A stretch of 63,904 nucleotides of DNA, filler included, from Octopus bimaculoides (taxonomy: Eukaryota): assembly GCF_001194135.2 (NCBI RefSeq). It is 4 parts of 4 records of this genome, joined end to end, with 100 filler letters (N's around TTAATTAATTAA, not from the genome) between each part and the next. Parts side by side here need not be neighbours in the genome. Positions count along the whole stretch, not along the records: positions 1 to 29,745 come from NC_069003.1; 3 more parts are not named here. One strand, 5' to 3'. Within the stretch, counting starts at the first letter, position 1. The number at the start of each line of letters is the position of its first letter. The translations under genes and the position numbers were made by a program. The notes under the pieces were generated by a model, which ran no database searches, was not told the origin of the DNA, and saw nothing but the letters and a program-made list of their open reading frames with translations. Positions 12,241 to 23,607 of this stretch are shown one piece after another.

Positions 12241-12837
12241 TACAAATTTATATCCCTTTTACTGAAAAATACCTTGGTTACCAATTATCCATCCTAACAA
12301 ACAAAATTTCTCATTTCGAATTACATCTAACACTCAAAATTTGAAAAGATGCAGCGAAACCGGTCTTTTTGTTAGAGGGACAAGCATCTTATTTTATATA
12401 ATCTTGTATAATAATTTTGCCATGTGGATATAAATATATTCTTTAGTCTCATAAAACAATTTTGTGTTTTTTCATTTTATTTCTTTCCGTGTATATTCAA
12501 CCATAGGTAATCACCAACCATACTTTCTCACTCACACACACATACACACACACACACGCACACACACACACACACACACACNNNNNNNNNNNNNNNNNNN
12601 NNNNNNNNNNNNNNNNNNNNNNNNNNNNNNNNNNNNNNNNNNNNNNNNNNNNNNNNNNNNNNNNNNNNNNNNNNNNNNNNNNNNNNNNNNNNNNNNNNNN
12701 NNNNNNNNNNNNNNNNNNNNNNNNNNNNNNNNNNNNNNNNNNNNNNNNNNNNNNNNNNNNNNNNNNNNNNNNNNNNNNNNNNNNNNNNNNNNNNNNNNNN
12801 NNNNNNNNNNNNNNNNNNNNNNNNNNNNNNNNNNNNN

Positions 12838-13059
12838 GATGTAATTGCATAGCATGTGACCTGATCTGAGATCGTGTGCTGGAACGAAAACAATTGCAGC
12901 GTGGAAGGTGTTTATAAGCACGGAGTTTTGTCAGTGATCAGGTCGCGGTCTCAAAGCGACGAAAATATTTTAGCAAATTAAATTTAAACGTTGAAGTGAA
13001 TCTAACGGCTTTTGTGTGTTTCTTAAATGGCTTATAAACAACTTCCACGCTGCAATTGT
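12838..13059. mobile_element. MITE-like non-autonomous element with terminal inverted repeats; right TIR truncated at TA. Related copies at about 9600-9780 and 33640-33860
   Basis: 12890-12919 and 13030-13059 are inverted repeats with 1 mismatch in 30. The reverse complement of the outer left TIR appears at about 33805-33860. Confidence 0.65.
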
Positions 13060-13190
13060 ATATATATACATAAGTTAATAAGAAGATATATTAATTTCAT
13101 AAAGAAATAATTACATCCCATAAAACACTGGTTCTATACCTTATACCTTTCGGAAATAAAATTTCCCTAAATCAATAGGTATATATTAAG

Positions 13191-13579
13191 TATATAATCC
13201 GTATTAAATTAAGAGAAGAAAATCGAAATTTAGTGATTAATAAATATTTATTAATAAATTGATAATCATTTCTGCCTACAGTTGATTCGATTTATACTCA
13301 TTGAATAAATTACATATGTATGCATCAAATTCGCAAAATATCACCAGAAAAAAGTTAGATGAACAGATAGGTCAACATGTAATTTTTTTAATATCTAACT
13401 TTTCCCTGGTGATATTTTGCTCATAACGTATAAATGCAAATTTAATGCATAAGTTTGTAATTTATTCAATGAGAATAAATGGAAACAGCTGTAGGAGGTA
13501 ATGACTAACAATTTATTAATAAATATTTATAACACACTAACTCTCTATTTTCTTCTCTTAATTTAATACGGATTATATA
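13191..13579. repeat. Degenerate foldback (arms 13191-13360 and 13393-13579) bounded by TA runs, containing a hammerhead 3' half
   Basis: The outer 33 bp match exactly and the rest is roughly 80% identical by eye. GAAACAGCTGTA at 13482-13493 is preceded by the hairpin atttattc-aatga-gaataaat. Confidence 0.8.
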
Positions 13580-13589
13580 TATATATATA

Positions 13590-15260
13590 ATATCTGTACA
13601 TCACTTGAAAAACTCTGCCACCAGTCCAGTAATAAACAAAAGAAAGCATAGGAATAGGAAAACAATCTGGTTCCCCCTCCCCTACTCACCGGAAGTGACC
13701 TTTAATATAGGCAAGTACTTCTTGGCACTGATAAACAGACACTTTCCAGTCAATCATAGTTATAGAAAGATCTTCAACAGACATAACTTAAAAATCAGTT
13801 TCAGTTCAACTGCTACTTTTAAAAATATAATCGCACACAACACACAAAAGCCGCAATATGAAGCCAGCTGTTCATGCAGAGATAAAAATTTGTGCCCGCT
13901 AAATGGACCTTGCATGTCCGAAACCATCATTTATGAAGGCACTGTAGACTCTATATCCACTAAGGACACAGTTTCGGCGAAGAAATTCGTGGGCCTCACG
14001 GAGGGTATTTTCAAGGCCAGATTCAATAATCACACTTTGAGTTTCAGGCACTGGGACAAAAAGAAAACATCCAAATTATCCAGTCATATATGGTCTTTAA
14101 AAGATAAAGGTGTCAGTTACAACATCCATTGGAAGATCTTAGCCAAGTGTAAACCTTACACCAGCGGCAGCAGAAGGTGTGGTCTATGTGATAGATGGCT
14201 AATCTGGAAAGGCAGCTTAAACCCCGCAACATGACTAAATTCAAGGAGTGAACTTTTCGGATCATGTCCACTTGTGGCTAAATATTTGCTACGCCTTTGG
14301 TCCTCCTGAGTTTACTGATAGGAATTGCTTTCTATATTGTGTCCATCTATAAGCTTTTTATCTCTATACATTTTACTTGATTTCTTATACATTTTTTACT
14401 ATTTTTACTGATAGGACTTGCTGATAGGGCTTTACTGATAGGACTTGCTTTCTATATTGTGTCTATGTAACAGCTTTTTATCTTTCTATATTTTTACTTA
14501 GATTTCTTATATATTTTTTATATTTTTTGCATAATTATTGAGTTAATGTTTTGTTTTTTATCACACATATTTTTTCTGTATTCTCCCCTGCACCCTGTTT
14601 TTTCCTGTGCGTCTACACACGCGTATAGGGAACCTTATGTGCGCACTTGTAAATGTGTCCGTGTGTGCGGGTACGTGCGTATATAGATGTATGTGTGTGC
14701 ATGCGAAAATATGCGCATATAGATGTGTTTTAACCTTATAGCTTTTCCACACTTTCTTGTGTATTTTGCTTTTAGTCCTATGATTTCTTTTGCGTGCGTG
14801 TGTATGAGTGCGAGGTTGTTGGGTGCGTGTGTGTGTGGGTTTGTATGCGGGTATACCCGTGTATGCGGGTATATATATGTATATGTACATATATGTATAG
14901 TTTTTGGCGAGTATGTGGGTGAGCATGTGTGTGTTTCAAGCGAGGCTGGTTTAGTATATACATATAGGCGAATGTACGGACTAGTGCACTTACGCGAACA
15001 CTGTAGACTTTTCTACTTCCTTACCTTTACCCGCTCCCGTTACTTAGCGGTCTATAGCTCTTTTGTCCTAATAACGGTCAACCACACAGTGATTTCCCTT
15101 TCTTTAACGGTCGTTTTTCACAGGAATTTTCAATGGCCGGATAACTTAAGAGATATTGGTGTGGTCATGGCTACCGAATAAGTGTCACATATTTTTACAG
15201 ATAAATTCCTCTATTTACATTATATCGAGGTCTCTTTCTTTCTTTTGTTGTCCTTTCTAT

Positions 15261-15264
<4 letters not shown>
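13590..15264 (+). mobile_element. 5'-truncated Penelope-like element (C-terminal GIY-YIG ORF 13605-14309 with one internal stop, plus long 3' UTR) inserted in (TA)n; possibly Hydra clade
   Basis: RKTIWFPLPYS...IFNRHNLKISFS...CSCRDKNLCPLNGPC...IIYEG...FVGLTEGIFKARFNNH...SKLSSHIWSLK...CGLC...*LNSRSELFGSC. The CxCx5C motif is, from recall, the Hydra-clade signature. Confidence 0.85.
14312..14530 (+). repeat. Imperfect tandem duplication (about 120-bp unit) in the PLE 3' UTR
   Basis: tttactgatagga(a/c)ttgctttctatattgtgtc...gatttcttata(c/t)atttttta occurs at 14312 and 14431, with a partial copy at about 14403. Confidence 0.8.
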
Positions 15265-15322
<58 letters not shown>

Positions 15323-15793
15323 GATAACAAACGATGCATAGGTGTCAATTGCAGGTGTTTCTAACGAATCTTTTAATTGATTAATGAGTACATTGTATTA
15401 TTAGAAGAAACGTGAATACATGAACCACAGATTTAGGAACATTTAAAACCATTTAAAATCACCCGTACTTTTAAATATTCTGAAAGCATTACCTAATCAG
15501 GTAGCGCCTCTTTCTCTAATATGTCAGTACCCATACCCTCTCCTCACTTCATATCTGGGTCTGTATATTAGAATTACCATTGTGATTATTTAGTGGTATC
15601 TCCTGACCCCCTAGTCTTTTGTTTAGCTAATTATACCTTGATTAGTTTAATATAACTTTACAACTATTGTATGATTTGGGAATTGATATTATAACCTGTC
15701 TATTATGTAACATATTACCTAACTCTATTGGGATATTACCATATTACCACTCGACCTGGTGCCTTATCATTTAAGTGCCTTATTCACCTGAAT

Positions 15794-15845
<52 letters not shown>

Positions 15846-15852
15846 TATATAT

Positions 15853-16006
15853 CCGATGAGCTTCTTCCAGTTTCCGTCTACTGCTACTGAATCTATTCAA
15901 AAGGCTTTAGTCGGCCCGAAACTATAGTAGAAAACACTTTCCCAAGGAGACATGCAGTGGGGCTGAACCTGAACCGTGTGGCTGGGAAGCAAGCTTCTTA
16001 CTACAG
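15853..16006 (-). mobile_element. 5' part of SINE family B
   Basis: Reverse complement matches the head of 21961-22385 (aagcttgcttcccagccacacggttcaggttcag...agacggaaactg). Confidence 0.7.
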
Positions 16007-16013
16007 AACTATT

Positions 16014-16600
16014 TTATTTTAATCTATTCCATAGATTTCGTAACTTACTCAGCAAATTTGCATAGCATTCTCCATTGATGGTATTGCTCCTTTGAAGATA
16101 AGCCCAATGCCTTTTGTATCCAAGAAACTGAGGCCATCTCTTTTCCTGTAGATGAAACGAACTTGGCCCTCTTTGGAGAATAGGAGGAGGGGTGTTATCA
16201 CTGCATGGATTGTCTCTTTGTCTTTGGCTCAAAGTGATGATTCCAACACTCATACTGGTTTAGGAAACCAGCTGGAATTGCGTTAAACAATGTCCGATTT
16301 TCCCGTAATGTGAGCAGCCAGATGCACTTTTGATCAGGTGACAGAAACCGTGGCACCCACCGAGCAAAAACCTTCGTCATGCCAAGTTCATTGTGCAGAA
16401 TATTTTCAACTCTCACACGAGATATGCTAATAACATTGGCTATATGATATTTAGCCAATCGCCTGTCATCCATCACCATGTGATGAATACAATTAATACT
16501 TTGCTAGGTAGTGGCAGTTGCAAGACGTCCAATCCTTGGTTCATATTCGAGACTCTCCCTACCCCTTCTAAATTCAGCTGCCTACTTTTACACAGTTGAT
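16014..16600 (-). mobile_element. Mariner transposase relic (frameshifted)
   Basis: GRESLEYEPRIGR...MVMDDRRL...VENILHNELGMTKVFARWVPRFLSPDQK...WNHHFEPKTKRQSMQ...INGECYANLL; contains the WVPR(L) motif. Confidence 0.85.
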
Positions 16601-17752
16601 AAAGCTGGTGCATCGTTCTCATTTGTATATATCGTCATATGTGCAATAGGCAAGATACCTATAAATTTACACAGAAACCTAGAAATACTAGTGTTTTGGA
16701 AAAAAGAAGGGAAGTAACCGGTGCTATTTCTCAAATTCAATCTATTAGCGGCTCAGGGAAGATTTGTAAGACATTCCAAAGATTCTCTATCTGATATTCT
16801 TTAGATGAAAAGATGCACATATTTGGGTGTGTGCATTGATAGCTCAACCGCATACTTACAAACATTCCCTTGAACTGAAATAAAAATTCAAAGAAAGAAA
16901 CACATACATGCATACAGTCATGCATTGTGCCAAACAGTGGCTCTCATGGCTTCTGATCTTAACTGATTGGAAGTGTCATCATGTACAGGTATTCTCTTAG
17001 TATAAAAATTGGGCTACAACAAATATTCTACTCAATATCGCAGGTTTGCTTCTCGGTGTTTGACATTAAGCAGTTGAGCATGTCCCTTAGTGGTTCTCGA
17101 TATGTGCATCTCTGATCACGAGCAGGAGTAGTGGAGGAACATACATAAATACATGGATGTGCACATGCATGCATACATACATACATGCATACATACACAC
17201 ACATTCATACACACACATACATACATACACGCACACATACATACACACACACATACATACACACACACACATACATACATACATACATATCTCTCCTCCG
17301 CATTAAGATCTGAAATGTAAGATCTTCTCTACCCTGATAACGGAAGCTGATCATATCCAATGTTAATTGCATCCACATGGCTGCATTTGTGATGAACTAC
17401 ATCTACCAACATTATTATGGATTTCTGAGCCCCCAGAAACAGCTGTTGGATTTAGAGCACCTGTCTTCTACTCTGTTAATTTTCTCTGTCGTTTGTACTC
17501 TGTGTAAGTTGGATCTATTAATATAAATATCCATATTTATACTTAAAAATTCATCACCTAAAAGTGTCCACTTTTTGCTTTTTCTCGTTTTGCATGTAGA
17601 CATATATACATATTTTGTGTTTCATACCCAAGCTATCATATTTAATATAGTTAATATATTTAATGTATGCAATTTGTTTAACCGCTTAATTTCCTCTATA
17701 CATACATACATACATACATACATACATACATACATACATACATACATACATC

Positions 17753-18316
17753 TTGTCTTGTTGGCACTCCGTCGCTTACGACGTCGAGGGTTCCTGTTGA
17801 TCCGATCAACGGAACAGCCTGCTTGTGAAATTAACGTGCAAGTGGCTGAGCACTCCGCAGACACGTGTACCCTTAACGTAGTTCTCGGGGATATTCAACG
17901 TGACACAGTGTGACAAGGCTGACCCTTTGAATTACAGGCACAACAGAAACAGGAAGAGTGAGAGAAAGTTGTGGTGAAAGAGTNNNNNNNNNNGTGAAAT
18001 TAACGTGCAAGTGGCTGAGCACTCCGCAGACACGTGTACCCTTAACGTAGTTCTCGGGGATATTCAACGTGACACAGTGTGACAAGGCTGACCCTTTGAA
18101 TTACAGGCACAACAGAAACAGGAAGAGTGAGAGAAAGTTGTGGTGAAAGAGTACCGCAGGGTTCGCCACCATCCCCTACCGGAGCCTCGTGGAGCTTTAG
18201 GTGTTTTCGCTCAATAAACACTCACAACGCCCGGTCTGGGAATCGAAACCGCGATCCTATGACCGCGAGTCCACTGCCCTAACCACTTCCCTAACCACTG
18301 CGCCATTGCGCCTCCA
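17753..18316 (-). mobile_element. tRNA-derived SINE family D; contains a 159-bp duplication across a 10-N gap
   Basis: Head gtggaggcgcaatggcgcagtggttagg...gcggtttcgattcccagacc has A/B boxes. 17825-17983 is repeated at 17994-18152. Confidence 0.8.
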
Positions 18317-19253
18317 CACATACATACATACATACATATACAAACGGGTGTATTAGTTTTTCTTCCAGTGACCTGCCCAACCCCGTCAGTCACCATCAAT
18401 CCATGAGTCGTGTTAATCCTCGCGTATTCTCATTGATCGCTCAGCATCGGTGACAGACGGACATTCTTTTCTATTTTATCTCTTTATTCAAACATCTTGC
18501 AATCTTTCCTTTTTTTTCTTTGCTTTCACTAAAAAACCGTCATTGCCTCCATCATCATCATCATCATGATCATCATCATTATTATCGTCTACGTCATCAT
18601 TGTTGTCACTGTTGTCGCCATAGTTATCATAATCGCCCTCATTGTTATCCTCTCTTTCATCATCATAATCATCACCATCACCATCATAATCTCTCATCGT
18701 CATTATCGTTGTCGTCGTCGTCTTCGTCATTATAATCCCTATCTCGATCTTCGTTTTCATCATCATCATCATCATAATCATTCTCGTCGTCGTCGTCATG
18801 ACCACCACCAACACTACCACCACTACCACCACTACTACCACTACCACCACTTCCACCACTAGCACCAACAACTTTTTCTCACTCGGCAAATGTTAGCGTC
18901 TATAGCCTTGAGTCAGTTCATACATTGTTAGTAAAATTGGTAGACGGAAACTGTATAGAAGCCCCACAGGTGTATTGTACATGCAATCCAAAACATCTAG
19001 TCGTACCATACACCGACACCCGCTAATTCTGTCAGAGAATTAAGAGTAAATATATCCGCGGAATATCCAGCCACTTAGATGTTAATTAGGGATCACAAGA
19101 TTCAACTGAGTCATCATGGTCGAACGTCAGAAATCCGCCAACATGTGTGTGTATGTGTGTGTGTGTGTGAATGATGCGTATCTGTTGTGAAAGGTGAAAT
19201 GCGCGGTTGGGCGCATGTTTATACGTGTGTATTAATACATACACATATGTATA

Positions 19254-19302
<49 letters not shown>

Positions 19303-19721
19303 GTGTGTGTATGTGTGTGTGTTTAACCATTAATAGTTTACTAAAATGTCGGTGATTTAATGTTTCATTGAACATACGGGTGTTTCAAAACAAAAGCCAA
19401 AACAAAACAGCAGAGTTGTATAAACATTATGCAACCACATTAGTGTTCTGCGATATAAATACCTACATACATATATATATGTATATACTCAAGTATATGT
19501 GCTTGATGTTCTGGTGTTTGGCCACAGGAATTACTTGCTTTTCAAATGTTGTAAACCCCGGAAATATCGTCTATAATGAAGCCTCAGTGAAGTATTTCCC
19601 TGGCTTTTACCAATTACAAAGACATTTCGAAATGTTATCTGATGTACAAAGAGTATGGAAGCATAAATGTCATATATTACATTTATGCAAAAATTTAACA
19701 TAATTTTTTTCTTTTATTCTT

Positions 19722-19872
19722 TCAGTTGCTTCAATCATAACACTACGGCCATGCTAGAGCACCACCTTGAAAAGTTTTAGTCGGACAAATCAACCCTAAT
19801 ACTTCTGTTTTTCCTAAAGGTGCTACGTATTCTATCTGCTCCTTTTGTTGAACAGCTGTGTTACAAAGACGT
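19722..19872 (-). mobile_element. 3' fragment of SINE family B
   Basis: Similar to 1655-1780 (ggccatgctagagcaccacc...cggacaaatcaaccctaatactt). Confidence 0.55.
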
Positions 19873-19988
19873 ATACATGATTATTTTGTTTCTACAAAAC
19901 TGATTTCTTCGGGTATTTTTCTAGTTTTATACATATATAAACGTGAGATATCTTATTTCTTAGGCATGTACAAGTATGTGTGTATATA

Positions 19989-20694
19989 CAGACATGCAGG
20001 AAGTAAATAGACACCTTTAATTTTCAAAATCTTTTTATTTAATACGCAAAGCGAACAATTGAAATGTAATCGATAGGTAGTACTACGTACTTTAGTATTT
20101 AGTTGAGATTCCCTTTGCAGTTTTTAGTTCAGAAACTCTTTTTGGCATTGAACTGATGAGCTTTGTGATTGTCTCTTGTGGAATTTCTGCTCACTTTTCA
20201 CGCAACAATCGAAACAATTCTCTTTAGATTTAGGTTTCTGTCGAGTTTTTCGTATAGCTCTATCTAGTATGCTCCATAGATTTTCAATTGGATTCATGTC
20301 AGGAGATTGGCTTGGCCAAGGAAGCTCTTTGATCCCATTTTCAGTCAGCCATTGTTGATTCCTTTTCTCTCTGTGGCATAGAGCCCCGTCTTCCATGAAT
20401 AAAAACTCATTTTCCGTTATGTTATCGTGTGAATACATCGGACGTAGTAGAACGAGAATTGCTGGTGACAACTCCTCATGCCATTACAGAAATACCACCA
20501 TGTTTCACAGTTGGTTGGAGTCATTTCAAATAAAATTCTTGATTGGGAAGCCTCCAGACCCAAACACGTCTACTGTCTGAAAATAATGTAAATCTGGATT
20601 CATCTGAGAAAATCACTCTATCCCAAAATGAACTGGATTTTTCTGACATCTCCTTAGCCCATTTCTTTCTTTTCATGATATTAATTAGTTGAAG
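19989..20694 (-). mobile_element. Tc1-like transposase relic (DD34E), with a probable terminal repeat at 19989
   Basis: [10 protein letters not shown]...KHGG...FMEDGALCH...WPSQSPDMNPIENLWSIL. The terminus reads TA|CAGACATGCAGGAAGTAAATAGACACC. Confidence 0.85.
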
Positions 20695-21849
20695 NNNNNN
20701 NNNNNNNNNNNNNNNNNNNNNNNNNNNNNNNNNNNNNNNNNNNNNNNNNNNNNNNNNNNNNNNNNNNNNNNNNNNNNNNNNNNNNNNNNNNNNNNNNNNN
20801 NNNNNNNNNNNNNNNNNNNNNNNNNNNNNNNNNNNNNNNNNNNNNNNNNNNNNNNNNNNNNNNNNNNNNNNNNNNNNNNNNNNNNNNNNNNNNNNNNNNN
20901 NNNNNNNNNNNNNNNNNNNNNNNNNNNNNNNNNNNNNNNNNNNNNNNNNNNNNNNNNNNNNNNNNNNNNNNNNNNNNNNNNNNNNNNNNNNNNNNNNNNN
21001 NNNNNNNNNNNNNNNNNNNNNNNNNNNNNNNNNNNNNNNNNNNNNNNNNNNNNNNNNNNNNNNNNNNNNNNNNNNNNNNNNNNNNNNNNNNNNNNNNNNN
21101 NNNNNNNNNNNNNNNNNNNNNNNNNNNNNNNNNNNNNNNNNNNNNNNNNNNNNNNNNNNNNNNNNNNNNNNNNNNNNNNNNNNNNNNNNNNNNNNNNNNN
21201 NNNNNNNNNNNNNNNNNNNNNNNNNNNNNNNNNNNNNNNNNNNNNNNNNNNNNNNNNNNNNNNNNNNNNNNNNNNNNNNNNNNNNNNNNNNNNNNNNNNN
21301 NNNNNNNNNNNNNNNNNNNNNNNNNNNNNNNNNNNNNNNNNNNNNNNNNNNNNNNNNNNNNNNNNNNNNNNNNNNNNNNNNNNNNNNNNNNNNNNNNNNN
21401 NNNNNNNNNNNNNNNNNNNNNNNNNNNNNNNNNNNNNNNNNNNNNNNNNNNNNNNNNNNNNNNNNNNNNNNNNNNNNNNNNNNNNNNNNNNNNNNNNNNN
21501 NNNNNNNNNNNNNNNNNNNNNNNNNNNNNNNNNNNNNNNNNNNNNNNNNNNNNNNNNNNNNNNNNNNNNGATGTTGATAAAGATGTAATCTTCTCTTCAG
21601 GGAAATACATAAGAACCAGCTTAACCGTAAGGCATTTTAACGGAATGTGATAACTCTAGGTGTGATCTTTGCTACCCTGGTATCTATTAACCAATTTATT
21701 TTGTTGGAGTTAACTAAGAGAAAATAAATACATATCATAATATATATATATAAATATATATATATATTTATATATATATTGACATCATGTGTCTTCCTAG
21801 TTCTTCTGCATCAACGCCGAGTATCTTGGTAGTTTATATATATATATAC

Positions 21850-21947
21850 AGGAAAACAAAAGACGAAGACGTGTATAAACAACAAACAGGTGTATTAGCT
21901 TAACGCTCGGGAAGGTGAGAAAGTCTTTTACGTTTCGGGCCTACGCG
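21850..21947 (-). mobile_element. Terminal piece of a TA-associated element with a hammerhead 3' half, cut off next to a SINE
   Basis: Minus strand gcgtaggccc-GAAACGTA-aaagac (21929-21936) has palindromic ACGT plus GUA. No CUGANGA half is present. Confidence 0.45.
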
Positions 21948-21960
21948 AGCGGGCAATCAT

Positions 21961-22385
21961 GGCGCAGGAATTACTGTCTGCTATGAAGCTTGCTTCTCAA
22001 CCACGTTGTTCCGGGTTCAGTCACACTGTGTGACATCTTTGGCAAACTACTATAGACCAGGGCCTGCCCAAGCTTTGTGAGTGGATTTGGTAAACAGAAA
22101 CTGGCAGAAGCCCGTCATATATATATGTATGAGTATATATCTATGTGTTTGTGAGTGAGTGCGTCTTTGTATCTGTGTTTGTCCCCCCCTTCACTTAACA
22201 ATCGGTGTTGGTGTTCTTACATTCCCGTAACGTAGTGGTTCAGAAAAATAGACCAATAGAATAAGTACCAGGCTAAAAAAAAAAAAGAAAACAAACTAAG
22301 CCATGCATTCGATTTGTTCGACTAAAACCCCTTCAAGAATTTACCCAAGCTTGGCCGCAGTCAAATGACTGGAACACATAACAGA
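21961..22385 (+). mobile_element. Near full-length tRNA-derived SINE family B with internal TA/TG microsatellite
   Basis: Head with B-box-like ccgggttcagtcacac, internal microsatellite, and tail ...ttggccgcagtcaaatgactggaac. Many partial copies occur in the window. Confidence 0.8.
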
Positions 22386-22700
22386 TAATAGATTGAAAAG
22401 TAACTCCCCATTTTAAAATACTTATAAATTATTTATTAATTGTAATTTTTACAAAAAATGGATATGACCCATCTATCTCCCAGAGAAGTGGGCATTCAAC
22501 CAGCGACGAACAAAGAGCAATACGATTGCAGATTAAAACTGTCATACTACAAAAGACAAACACAAAACAATTTCAGAAAAAAATTCCAATTAATATATAA
22601 TTTATGAGTACTTCAAAATAGAGAGTTACTTTTCAACCTTCCTGTATACACTCACAGGTACACCCCCCTGCACCCCCACATGTACACACGCACACACAAA

Positions 22701-22951
22701 TTAGGTTGGTGCATAACTATTGCGGCTTTTTTTTTCAATAAATTTCATTCAACGAAAAAATAACATTTAACAAAGATATTTTTAAATGATTATTCCGGAG
22801 TATATCCACCATTTACTTCAAATACTGCTTCTCATTTGCTTAGCAGACGGTCGGAATAATCATTTAAAGATGTTTTTGTTAAGTGTTATTATTATTTTTA
22901 TTGAATAAAATTTATTGTAAAAAGAGCCGTAATAATTATGCACCAACCTAA
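22701..22951. mobile_element. Mariner-type MITE, nearly fully palindromic
   Basis: TIR TTAGGTTGGTGCATAACTATTGCGGC pairs with GCCGTAATAATTATGCACCAACCTAA, followed by TA. Internal segments (22762-22797 and 22851-22887) are also inverted. Confidence 0.85.
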
Positions 22952-23545
22952 TATATATATATATAAACCCAGATACTATATATATATCACCTAGGTTGTT
23001 AATTAATCCATTCATTAAGCTCTAGTTATTTGTTCTAGCATGCAAACACTGTTATATGAGTGTGTATGTGCCTGTATGTAAATGTATGCATGTGCATCTT
23101 TTGTATATCTTTGTGTATATGTGTATCTAATGTATTCGTATACAACGCAGATACAAAATACATTAGCTTACGTAATTTCAATGAATATTATATATTTCCC
23201 TTCCACTTCCCTTCGGCCCTCACCACCAATACCACGATTATAAGCGATACAAGGTCCCTCCCCCCATTAACTGTACGCGTGCATTTTCTCCTCATACCGC
23301 AACCATAAAGACTCTTGCTATCTTTGCTCTGGTCACTAATTGACATATTACAATAATTTATAACACGTGATTCATGGAAACACACACACACACGCACATA
23401 ATCACGCACATATATAAACATGTGTATACATCTTTATATACATTCATACATAAATATAGTAATATATGCATACACACTGAAACATACATGCATATGTATA
23501 AATATGTATATATGCATGTGTGTATATGTCTCTCCCTCTGTGTGC

Positions 23546-23607
<62 letters not shown>

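Noticed and set aside
14232-14234. In-frame TGA in the PLE ORF as a possible selenocysteine
   Set aside because: It falls at a non-cysteine position before LNSRSEL, and no SECIS was identified. A simple nonsense mutation is more likely.
15131-15190. Possible hammerhead in the PLE 3' UTR (ccggataa...gaataagtgtc)
   Set aside because: Both core halves are mutated and stem II cannot close.
17825-18152. 159-bp exact tandem duplication inside a SINE
   Set aside because: The copies straddle a 10-N gap, typical of an unmerged contig overlap.
18200-18316. tRNA-like sequences here and at about 8880, 27150 and 30290
   Set aside because: They are SINE heads with A/B boxes; there is no complete cloverleaf or acceptor stem.
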